DNA of 64,000 nt, from positions 39,268 to 103,267 of the forward strand of contig JBMFSH010000008.1 of the NCBI GenBank assembly GCA_049967655.1, written 5' to 3'. The notes below the pieces were generated by a model, which worked only from the letters and a program-made list of their open reading frames with translations, made no database searches and was not told the origin of the DNA. Origin of the DNA: Acidobacteriota bacterium. GTDB taxonomy: Bacteria; Acidobacteriota; UBA4820; DSQY01. The translations under genes were made by a program, and so were the position numbers. Of this stretch, positions 56,321-64,000 are shown piece by piece; the first letter of the stretch is position 1, and each line of letters starts with the position of its first letter.

Positions 56321-57919
56321 TCACCCGATCGGGCGGCCCTCCTTGCGCCGCCATAACTCGTACCGCGCGTTTTGGTAAATCGGTTCGAAGCGCCGCGTCA
56401 GGTAACTCCGCCACGCCTCGCCCCCGCCGAAGCCGGCGGGCTGGGCGATCCAGTCGGTCCGGCTGCGATCCAGCGCGGAGATGGCCTCCGAGACCTGCGA
56501 CGGCGTCGTGACGTCGGGGGGAAGGAAGACGTCAAACGGAGCGGGTGAGGGGTGCCCCGTGAGAACGTTCAGCATGCCCATGAAACCCGTCGCGAAGAGC
56601 GGCACCCCCGGGCGCAGCCGGGCCGCCACCGCGTCCACGATCCCCTGCAGATCCGCCGCCTCCGAACGCGGGAGAGGCCCCACCGCCCCCGCCGGCGTCA
56701 TCACCATAGGACCCCGTTCGCTCAGGAGTCCCGGCAGGCGGGCCAGTCCAGCCCCCGCGAAGACGAGGATCACGGCCCCGGCCGCCAGCCCGGCCGCGCG
56801 GCGCTGACGGTCACCGCGGCCGGCCCACCGCTCCAGGCCCCACGCGGCGGTCAGCCCCGCCAGCGGGAGAGCCCACTCCAGGTTCACCAGGGCCAGGCAC
56901 CTGAAGGTGGGAAGGAGGAAGGCACACGCACCGGCCGCCAGGAGATAGAAACGCCAGCCGATCTCGCGCCGGCGTGTCAGGCCCGCGGCGAAAACGACCC
57001 AAGCCGCCGCCGTCTCGCCGGCCACGAGGAGCACCTTGGCATTCCACAGGCCAAAGGCCACGGGCTCCCGCCGGAAGATCCCCGTCCTCCAAAGGGCGGC
57101 CACCTCCCTCGCCATCCGCGCGAAGCCCGCTACGTTGTCGGCGAAACGATGATAGCGGGACAGCGGGAAGAGGGCCCAGTCATAGAGGAGCGTAGCGGCG
57201 GACACGCGGGGCAGGAGCCAGCACGCGAGCGCCGCGAAGAGGGCCCCGGCGCCGGCGGCCGCGGCCGCCGTGAGACGGGCGCGGGATTCCCTGGGCGCGG
57301 CCAGGAGGCACCAGAGCGCCAGGCCCACGAGCAACAGGCCTCCCTGATCCTGAAGGGTCATGGCGCACAGGGCCGCCAGGGCTCCGCCCGTTACGGCCCA
57401 TGCGGCCCGCCCTCGGTCCGCCGCAAGATCGAAGGCCAACAGGGCCCCCAACGCGAAGACGTCCGCCAGCCAGTGGTGGCTGGGCAACAGCCAAGCCGCG
57501 ACGCCGCAGGATACCAGGGGGGCGATGGCGGCAGCCTGAAAGAGAGGGCGGGTGAGCAGGCGCCGGGAGTAAACGAGGAGCAGGGCCGCCAGGGCGGCCG
57601 AATAGAGAACCGCCACCGCACGCCCGGCCGCCACCGTCACCCCGAGCAGGCGGTAGGCGCCGGCCACCATCAGGAGCGGAAGGGGCAGAACGACCTCGAA
57701 GAAGTCCCGGTAGGGCACCTGTCCCGCCAGGATCCGCCAGCCGCCGAGCGCCACCACGCCCTCGTCTCCCAGTTCGAGCCCCCTGAGGGGCGAGGCGAGA
57801 ACCATGGCCACCGACAGGGCGGCCAGGATCACCGGCAGGTAGCGAAGGCAGCCCGAGGCCACCCGACGCACCTTTCCGCCGGCTCCGGCCGTGCCCGCCG
57901 CCCCGCCTCGTGCGACCAT
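56321..57919 (-). CDS. Multi-TM membrane protein, GT-C (ArnT/PMT-like) glycosyltransferase-like
   Basis: N-terminal DEG...GQVPYRDFF loop followed by many TM helices. Start is uncertain. Confidence 0.6.
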   Translation of the reverse strand: MVARGGAAGTAGAGGKVRRVASGCLRYLPVILAALSVAMVLASPLRGLELGDEGVVALGGWRILAGQVPYRDFFEVVLPLPLLMVAGAYRLLGVTVAAGRAVAVLYSAALAALLLVYSRRLLTRPLFQAAAIAPLVSCGVAAWLLPSHHWLADVFALGALLAFDLAADRGRAAWAVTGGALAALCAMTLQDQGGLLLVGLALWCLLAAPRESRARLTAAAAAGAGALFAALACWLLPRVSAATLLYDWALFPLSRYHRFADNVAGFARMAREVAALWRTGIFRREPVAFGLWNAKVLLVAGETAAAWVVFAAGLTRRREIGWRFYLLAAGACAFLLPTFRCLALVNLEWALPLAGLTAAWGLERWAGRGDRQRRAAGLAAGAVILVFAGAGLARLPGLLSERGPMVMTPAGAVGPLPRSEAADLQGIVDAVAARLRPGVPLFATGFMGMLNVLTGHPSPAPFDVFLPPDVTTPSQVSEAISALDRSRTDWIAQPAGFGGGEAWRSYLTRRFEPIYQNARYELWRRKEGRPIG

Positions 57920-58012
57920 ACCGCCTCCTTCTTCTCACAGCCTAGCGCGGGCGTGAGCTTCCGGCCAGGGCACAAGTACTCCGCCTCGTCTCCAGCCCCC
58001 GCTCGAAGCCTC

Positions 58013-58040
58013 TTGACTTCGGCTTCAAAAGGTCTATATT
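58013..58040 (+). promoter_or_regulatory. Putative promoter of the KamA operon, with inverted repeat gaagcc-N10-ggcttc flanking the -35
   Basis: TTGACT-16 bp-TATATT in an AT-richer patch. Confidence 0.45.
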
Positions 58041-58290
58041 TGCCACAAGTTCAAAGCAGGCGGGCGGTCCGCGGTGCTTTGGAACCATAGGAGCTGGAGG
58101 GGCCGGGATCGCTTCCCGGCGAACAGGATGGAACAAGAGCAGCCACCAAGTCCCGCCGCCCTCAAGAAGAAGAGGGCATTACAATATGTCGGATCCTTTG
58201 GCCTCGCTCATTTCCAGCGAGGCATTGTCGTTTCTGGAGACCAAGTCGGCGAGGCACCCGGCATGGAGCCGGGGCCGCAGGGAGGCCGCC

Positions 58291-59547
58291 ATGCTGGATA
58301 GTCCAGCACCATCATCACCCCCGTCAGGAAGGTCGTCCTATTTCCCCGAGGCCACCGATGAGCAGTGGAATGACTGGCGGTGGCAATACCGAAACCGCAT
58401 CAAGGACCTCGAGACGCTCCACCGCCTCCTTCCCTACTCCAAGAGCGAGTACCAGCAGCTCAAGCTCCTCTCGCCCAGCCTGCACGTGGGCATCCCTCCT
58501 TACTACCTGAGCCTCATCGATCCGAGCGATCCCGAGGATCCCGTTCGCAAGCAGGCCGTCCCTTCGATCCTGGAGTACACCTACCGGAGCGTGGGCATCG
58601 ACGACCCCCTGGGCGAGGATGCCGACATGCCGGTAGAGGGGCTGGTGCACCGGTATCCCGACCGGTGCCTCTTCATCGCCACCAACATGTGCCCCATGTA
58701 CTGCCGCCACTGCACCCGTCGCCGGGAGTGGGAGGATGGCGAGCTGCCGAAGAACCGCCAGCAGCTCGACGCCATGATCGACTACATCCGGCGCACCCCG
58801 CAGATCCGCGACGTCATCTTCTCGGGGGGCGACCCCCTTTCCCTTCCGCTGCCGGTGCTCGACTACTGCCTCACGGAGCTCCGCAAGATCCCGCACGTGG
58901 AGATCATCCGCATCGGCACGCGATTCCCCGTGGTCCTTCCTCAGCGCATCACGGACGAGCTGGTCGGCGTTCTCGGGAAGCACCTGCCCGTTTGGATGAA
59001 CACCCACTTCAATCATCCCAACGAACTGACCCCCGAGGCCGCCGCCGCGTGCCGCAAGGTCCTCTCCGCGGGCATCCCGGTGAACAACCAGTCCGTGCTC
59101 ATGCGGGGCGTGAACGACAACGCCCAGACCATGCTGCGGCTCTGTCACGGACTCCTGAAAATGGGCGTCCGCCCCTACTATCTCTTCCAGTGCGACCCGA
59201 TCCACGGCGCCGAGCACCTTCGGACCTCCGTCTGGACGGGCGTGGAGATCATCGAGAAGATGCGCGGGTGGACCTCGGGCCTCGCCATCCCCACCTTCGT
59301 AGTGGATACGGAGGGCGGAGGCAAGGTCCCCATCACCTCCAACTACATCATGTACGCCACCGAGGACACCCTCGTGCTCCGCAACTACGAAGGCAAGATC
59401 TTCCCCTACAGGAATCCCGCTCCTGCCACCCGAAGCAAGCCAAGGCGCCCGGCGGCCCAGGCCGCCCAGGGCCGATCCAACCGAGCCACTCGCCCCCACC
59501 TCGCCCAACTCAGGTTCACCCCCGATGCGAATCGGCCTGACGTTTGA
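58291..59547 (+). CDS. KamA-family radical SAM aminomutase (lysine 2,3-aminomutase-like)
   Basis: WNDWRWQ, HRYPDR, CPMYCRHCTRRR, SGGDPL, NQSVL, YYLFQCD, DTEGGGK (PLP Lys). Start chosen for its GGAGG RBS; alternative ATG at 58186. Confidence 0.9.
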   Translation: MLDSPAPSSPPSGRSSYFPEATDEQWNDWRWQYRNRIKDLETLHRLLPYSKSEYQQLKLLSPSLHVGIPPYYLSLIDPSDPEDPVRKQAVPSILEYTYRSVGIDDPLGEDADMPVEGLVHRYPDRCLFIATNMCPMYCRHCTRRREWEDGELPKNRQQLDAMIDYIRRTPQIRDVIFSGGDPLSLPLPVLDYCLTELRKIPHVEIIRIGTRFPVVLPQRITDELVGVLGKHLPVWMNTHFNHPNELTPEAAAACRKVLSAGIPVNNQSVLMRGVNDNAQTMLRLCHGLLKMGVRPYYLFQCDPIHGAEHLRTSVWTGVEIIEKMRGWTSGLAIPTFVVDTEGGGKVPITSNYIMYATEDTLVLRNYEGKIFPYRNPAPATRSKPRRPAAQAAQGRSNRATRPHLAQLRFTPDANRPDV

Positions 59548-60526
59548 CATGAAGCCCACGGGGAGCCCGGTTCCCTCCGCGCTCCCCGATGATCTCTTCG
59601 AGGAGTACGACCCACCTTCAACCGTAGGAGCCATCGAAGCGGCCATCGCGGAGTGCGGCCATGAGGTGGTGCGCCTGGGCGGCGGGCGGGAGTTCCTGGA
59701 GCGGGTGCTCCACGAACCCGTGGACTTCGTCTTCAACATCGCCGAGGGGCGCGGCGCCTTCAGGAGCCGCGAGGGCCAAGTGCCATCGGTGCTGGAGATG
59801 CTTGGCATCCCCTACAGCTTCTCCGACCCGCTCACTCTCGCCATCAGCCTGGACAAGCCGCTCACCAAGCGCCTCGTGGCCGCCGCCGGAGTGGCGGTGG
59901 CGCCCGACTGGGTCGTGGAGAGCGAATCGGATCTCGACCGCCTGCTTCGGAGCGGCCCTCCCTTTCCACTCTTCGCCAAGCCGGCCTTCGAGGGCTCCTC
60001 CAAGGGGATCCGCGGCAGCTCGCGCCTGGAGGGGGCCGGGCAACTGAGGGAGAGGGTCGGCGACATACTGCGCTCCTACGCCCAACCGGTGATGGTGGAA
60101 GGCTTCGTGGCCGGCGACGAGTACACCGTCGGCATCATCGGGAACAACCCGCCCGAGGCCATCGGCGCCATGAGGATACGGCCCAGGAGCGGCGCGGACC
60201 CCGACTTCGTCTATTCCATCGAGGTGAAGCGCGACTGGGAGAACCAAGTCGCCTACGACGTCCCTCCGCCGCTGCCAGCGGACCTGCTGGCGCGGCTCTA
60301 CGCCGACGCGGTCAAGGCTTTCTCCGCGATCGGCTGCCGGGACGTGGCCAGGGTGGACTTCCGGATCCGCGAAGGCGTGCCCGTCTTCCTGGAGATCAAT
60401 CCCCTGCCCGGACTTTCTCCGGCCTACGGCGACCTCCCCATCCTCTCGCGCGGCATGGGCATTGCCTATCCGGCGCTGATGTCGCGCATACTGTCGGCGG
60501 CCTTCGCGCGCTGCGGACTGGCGTGA
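59525..60526 (+). CDS. D-Ala-D-Ala-ligase-like ATP-grasp enzyme 1
   Basis: FNIAEG, LDK, KPAFEGSSKGI, ARVDFR, LEINPLPG; lacks the canonical Ddl HG..GEDG motif. Confidence 0.85.
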   Translation: MRIGLTFDMKPTGSPVPSALPDDLFEEYDPPSTVGAIEAAIAECGHEVVRLGGGREFLERVLHEPVDFVFNIAEGRGAFRSREGQVPSVLEMLGIPYSFSDPLTLAISLDKPLTKRLVAAAGVAVAPDWVVESESDLDRLLRSGPPFPLFAKPAFEGSSKGIRGSSRLEGAGQLRERVGDILRSYAQPVMVEGFVAGDEYTVGIIGNNPPEAIGAMRIRPRSGADPDFVYSIEVKRDWENQVAYDVPPPLPADLLARLYADAVKAFSAIGCRDVARVDFRIREGVPVFLEINPLPGLSPAYGDLPILSRGMGIAYPALMSRILSAAFARCGLA

Positions 60527-60567
60527 AAGGGAAGGCGGGCCCGGCGGACGGCACTCAAGGCGAAGAC

Positions 60568-61584
60568 ATGACGAAAAAGGTAACCCTCATCCACAACACG
60601 AGCGATCCCACCCTGCCCGAAAGCGCCGCCGAGGAGGGGGTCATGGAGACCGTGGAGGCGGTGGAGCAGGTTCTGGGCCGCCAGGGCCAGAGCGTCTCCC
60701 GGCTTCCCCTCACGACACCCCTGTCCGCCGCCGCTGCCGCCTTGGAGCAACTGCCGAAGGGCTCCCTGGTCTTCAACCTCTTCGAAGGCTTTCCCGGCGA
60801 TCCCTCCAGCGAGGTCCAGGTGGGTCTTTTGATTAAGGCCCTGGCGCTGAGGGCCACCGGATGTCCTCCCATGGCCATGCACCTGGGCCTTCACAAGCCT
60901 CTGGCCAAGCGTCTCCTGGCCGCGGAAGGCATTCCCACGGCCGCGGGCCTTCACGTTCGGCGGATCGAGGAGGTGCCGGAGCCCCTCCCCTTCCCCTTTC
61001 CGGTCTTCCTGAAGCCGGCCGCCAACGACGCGAGCCACGGCATCGGGCCATCGAGCGTCGTGCGGGACCGCGTCTCCCTCGTCGAGAGGCTGGACGTCCT
61101 CCTGGACCGGTTCCCACAGGGGGTCCTCGTGGAGAGCTTCCTGGCCGGGCGGGAGCTGAACTGCTCGGTGGTGGAGACGGCGGAGGGCCCCCGCCCGCTG
61201 CCGCCCTCCCTGGTGGACTACTCCGCCCTTCCTCCTGGATACCCGCCGGTCTTGACCTTCGAGGCCAAGTGGGCGCCCGAGAGCCCCGTCTACCAGCAGA
61301 CCCCGACCCTCTGCCCCGCCCCCGTGGAGCCCGCACTCTTCAACCGGGCGCAGCAGCTCGCCCTGCTCTCCTACCGCGCCCTGGGCTGCCGGGGTTATGC
61401 TCGCGTGGACCTGCGCGAGGACGGCGACGGTTCGCTGTGCGTCCTGGAGGTGAATCCCAACCCCGACCTCGCCCCCTCCGCGGGGCTGGCCAAGCAGGCC
61501 CGAGCGGCGGGCTGGGACTACACCCGCCTCGTTTCAACCATCCTCGGCTCTGCCGAGAAGGGGGAGCCATGGACCTTCGAATGA
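60568..61584 (+). CDS. D-Ala-D-Ala-ligase-like ATP-grasp enzyme 2
   Basis: FNLFEG, KPAANDASHGI, GRE, YARVDLR, LEVNPNPD. Confidence 0.85.
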   Translation: MTKKVTLIHNTSDPTLPESAAEEGVMETVEAVEQVLGRQGQSVSRLPLTTPLSAAAAALEQLPKGSLVFNLFEGFPGDPSSEVQVGLLIKALALRATGCPPMAMHLGLHKPLAKRLLAAEGIPTAAGLHVRRIEEVPEPLPFPFPVFLKPAANDASHGIGPSSVVRDRVSLVERLDVLLDRFPQGVLVESFLAGRELNCSVVETAEGPRPLPPSLVDYSALPPGYPPVLTFEAKWAPESPVYQQTPTLCPAPVEPALFNRAQQLALLSYRALGCRGYARVDLREDGDGSLCVLEVNPNPDLAPSAGLAKQARAAGWDYTRLVSTILGSAEKGEPWTFE

Positions 61585-62054
61585 GAGAGCTCAGGCGGGA
61601 GGACCGATCGGAATTGAAGCAGATGCTGGAGCGGGCGGGCGTTTTCCGGACGGAGGAGATCGAGGTGGCCCTCGAGCTCATCGACGTGGCGCTGGCGAAG
61701 CCGGGACAGACCGACTACTCCTTTCTGGTGGCCGAAGGGGAAGACGGCAAGGTGGCGGGGTACGCCTGCTGGGGGGCCACGCCGTGCACGCTCGGGACCT
61801 TCGACCTCTACTGGATCGCCGCCGATCCGACCGTCCACGGAAAGGGGGCGGGGCACGCCCTCCTTCTTCGCGCGGAGGAGGAGATGCGCCGCCGCGGCGG
61901 CAGGCTCTGCGTCATCGAGACCTCCTCCCTGCCCCAGTACGAACCGGCGAGGCGGTTCTACCTGCGCCACGGGTACAAGGTGGCCGCCGAGATCCGGGAT
62001 TTCTACGCGCCGGGCGACCACCGCGTCATCTTCACCCGCGCGCTGGGGGGATGA
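61569..62054 (+). CDS. GNAT family N-acetyltransferase
   Basis: DLYWIA, HGKGAG acetyl-CoA motif, ETSS, FYLRHGY; overlaps the stop of the preceding gene. Confidence 0.88.
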   Translation: MDLRMRELRREDRSELKQMLERAGVFRTEEIEVALELIDVALAKPGQTDYSFLVAEGEDGKVAGYACWGATPCTLGTFDLYWIAADPTVHGKGAGHALLLRAEEEMRRRGGRLCVIETSSLPQYEPARRFYLRHGYKVAAEIRDFYAPGDHRVIFTRALGG

Positions 62055-62220
62055 TATAGAGAGATCATGGATGAGGGATCGTTGAGAGATGGAAAGTGCC
62101 AAGCTCTAAATCCCGTCCTGCGTGGTTCTGTTCAATGTGCATTTCACCATTCGTCTTCTCCCCCAACCTTGCGAAGGCGCGGTTCTGGTATCTATAATCG
62201 TCAATGAATGGAGGTGTGCT

Positions 62221-62772
62221 ATGAAAATGCGCTGGGGCATGAGGCTCACGCTGGTGTTGAGCACGGTTCTCTTGTTGGTTCTTCTGGCGGCCTGCGCGAA
62301 GAAGGCCCCTCCGACCTCCACGCCATCGGCCGCGGAAAACCCATCCGCCGCCGCACCTTCCACTGGCTGGACACCTGAGGCCCCAACACCCTCCCTCTCC
62401 GTGGAGAGCAGCGCGGACGCCTTCAACAAGCAGGGCGTTCTCAAGCGCATTCACTTCGACACGGACAAGTGGGCCATCCGTCCCGAGGACCGCGAGATCC
62501 TCAAGCAGAACGCGGCCTGGCTGCTGGCGCATCCCCAGTTCCAGGTCATCGTCGAGGGGAACTGCGACGAGCGGAACACGGAGGCCTACAACCTTGCCCT
62601 CGGCGAGCGCCGGGCCAATGCCGCCAAGGAGTACCTGATCGGCCTCGGCGTGGCGGCCAGTCACATCCAGACGGTCTCCTACGGGAAGTCGCACCCCCTG
62701 TGCACCGAGCACACGCCCGAGTGCTGGCAAATTAACCGCCGCGACGACTTCGTGCTTCAGGACATGAAGTAA
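62221..62772 (+). CDS. pal: Peptidoglycan-associated lipoprotein
   Basis: Lipobox LAAC; IHFDTD, EGNCDER, YNLALGERRA, SYGK, NRR. Confidence 0.92.
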   Translation: MKMRWGMRLTLVLSTVLLLVLLAACAKKAPPTSTPSAAENPSAAAPSTGWTPEAPTPSLSVESSADAFNKQGVLKRIHFDTDKWAIRPEDREILKQNAAWLLAHPQFQVIVEGNCDERNTEAYNLALGERRANAAKEYLIGLGVAASHIQTVSYGKSHPLCTEHTPECWQINRRDDFVLQDMK

Positions 62773-62777
62773 GGCTC

Positions 62778-63608
62778 ATGCGTCGAACCTTCATTCTCGT
62801 CTGTACCCTGGTTTTCGTGGTGCCTCTGTCTCTTCTTGCGGGGACCCGGGCCGACATCGACCGGCTGGACCAGCAGGTGGCGACCTTAAACCAGCAGGTC
62901 CAGCAGATCCAGGGGCAGGTGGCCGCCATTCAGAAGAGCCTCCAGGAGATGAACGGCCGGCTGGAGGCCATCGCACGCTCCGCTCAGACGGCCGATCTCC
63001 GGGCGGATGTGGAGGATCTCAAGGCTCAGGTGGAGGTCTTGTCGACCCAGCTCGGACAGTTGAAGTCCGGGGGGGAGGAGCGCGCTCCCGCGCCCCCCGC
63101 GACGGCTCCCGCGTCCGCCGCTGAGCCGCAGGGCCGGCAGCCGCAGTCCACCCCCCCCCCTCCGGAGGGACCTGCGGCACCGCGCCCGCGCGTCGCCCAG
63201 TCCGCTCCCCCTGACGCGACTCTCCAAGGGGTCAGCCCCGAACTGTACAACCAAGCCTACAGCGACTACCTGCAGGGCAAGTACGAGCTGGCCTCCTCCG
63301 AATTCCAGCAGTTCATGGAGGCATTCCCCAACGATCCCAAGGCGGGCAACTGCCAGTTCTGGATGGGGCAGTGCGCCTACAACCAGAAGAGGTACGCCGA
63401 CGCCCAGCAGGCTTTCGAGACGGTGATCCAGCGTTACCCCACCAGTCCCAAGGTGCTGGCGGCGCGCCTGAAGCTGGGCCTGACCTATCTTTCCCTGAAT
63501 GAGACGGCCCAGGGCATCGCTACCCTCAAGGCGCTGATTCAGGCCGCGCCCAACAGCGACGAAGCGCTCATCGCGAAGGACCGGCTGTCCCGGCTCCAGG
63601 CGCCTTAG
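62778..63608 (+). CDS. cpoB: Tol-Pal system TPR protein
   Basis: Signal peptide, coiled coil, C-terminal TPRs; immediately after pal. Confidence 0.85.
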   Translation: MRRTFILVCTLVFVVPLSLLAGTRADIDRLDQQVATLNQQVQQIQGQVAAIQKSLQEMNGRLEAIARSAQTADLRADVEDLKAQVEVLSTQLGQLKSGGEERAPAPPATAPASAAEPQGRQPQSTPPPPEGPAAPRPRVAQSAPPDATLQGVSPELYNQAYSDYLQGKYELASSEFQQFMEAFPNDPKAGNCQFWMGQCAYNQKRYADAQQAFETVIQRYPTSPKVLAARLKLGLTYLSLNETAQGIATLKALIQAAPNSDEALIAKDRLSRLQAP

Positions 63609-63638
63609 ATAAGGATACCGCACAGAGTGTAGACTCCG

Positions 63639-63670
63639 GCGGCCGGCTGAAGAAGCCGGCCGCATTGTTA
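63639..63670 (+). terminator. Hairpin after cpoB, probable terminator
   Basis: gcggccggct-gaaga-agccggccgc 10-bp stem followed by attgtta. Confidence 0.55.
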
Positions 63671-63824
63671 TGCCCTAGGCCGGGATTCCACCGAGAAGGC
63701 CCGGCGCCGCGTCCTGGCCGCCGCCGGACCAAGGCCCTCACCAAAAGCCAAACCCGCTTCCTGGCCTTGCAAGGGTGGAAACCTCCCCGTTTTTCCGGCA
63801 CCTCCTCGACTGGCGCCCTCTCTT

Positions 63825-63863
63825 CGCTTTTCGCTGCAAGCGAAAAGCGGCGTCCCGGCGCCG
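63825..63863. repeat. Hairpin-containing dispersed repeat, copy 2
   Basis: cgcttttcgc-tgcaa-gcgaaaagcg followed by gcgtcccggcgccg; matches 39667-39705. Confidence 0.7.
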
Positions 63864-64000
63864 ATGGGCCTCATGCAAGGAAGCTGAGGCGGCCGCACCG
63901 GAAGCGTACTCCCTGTACGCTGAGGACGCGCCCGGCGAAGGCCCCCAGCGCCGCGCCAAAGGCGCGGCCTAGACCCAGCCGTGGTTCGGAGCCGGCAAGG

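Noticed and set aside
58291..59547. EF-P modification enzyme EpmB
   Set aside because: No efp or epmA nearby, and the sequence resembles KamA-type enzymes; left as KamA family.
59525..61584. Canonical ddl or van resistance genes
   Set aside because: They lack the Ddl N-terminal motifs and any mur, vanH or vanX context.

Overview
High-GC bacterial chromosomal segment with about 55 genes, mostly housekeeping or metabolic. The gene repertoire loosely suggests Acidobacteriota or a Desulfobacterota-like lineage; the taxonomy is not established. No integrase, transposase, prophage or CRISPR array was seen. Contents: three DHA2/EmrB paralogues around speA, an archaeal-type GAPDH, pyrK-pyrD-pyrF, lon, rpsO-pnp, tRNA-Val(CAC), pruA, bfr, mqnD, cheY-cheA, rnc, aspA, several peptidases, thiD and pal-cpoB. 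The most striking element is an amino-group-carrier (LysW-type) alpha-aminoadipate lysine operon with three oddities: LysW ends in EDWGQ instead of the required EDWGE, lysK is absent, and an N-terminal-Cys Ntn/class II amidotransferase-like gene sits between lysY and lysZ, making it a candidate carrier deamidase and/or LysK replacement. Also notable: an uncharacterised KamA + two ATP-grasp + GNAT operon with a possible leader ORF, two genes (hemF and a class I GATase) with large internal deletions at junctions readable in both frames, and dispersed intergenic repeats including a hairpin with compensatory base changes. All functional calls come from motif recognition by eye; no database searches were run.
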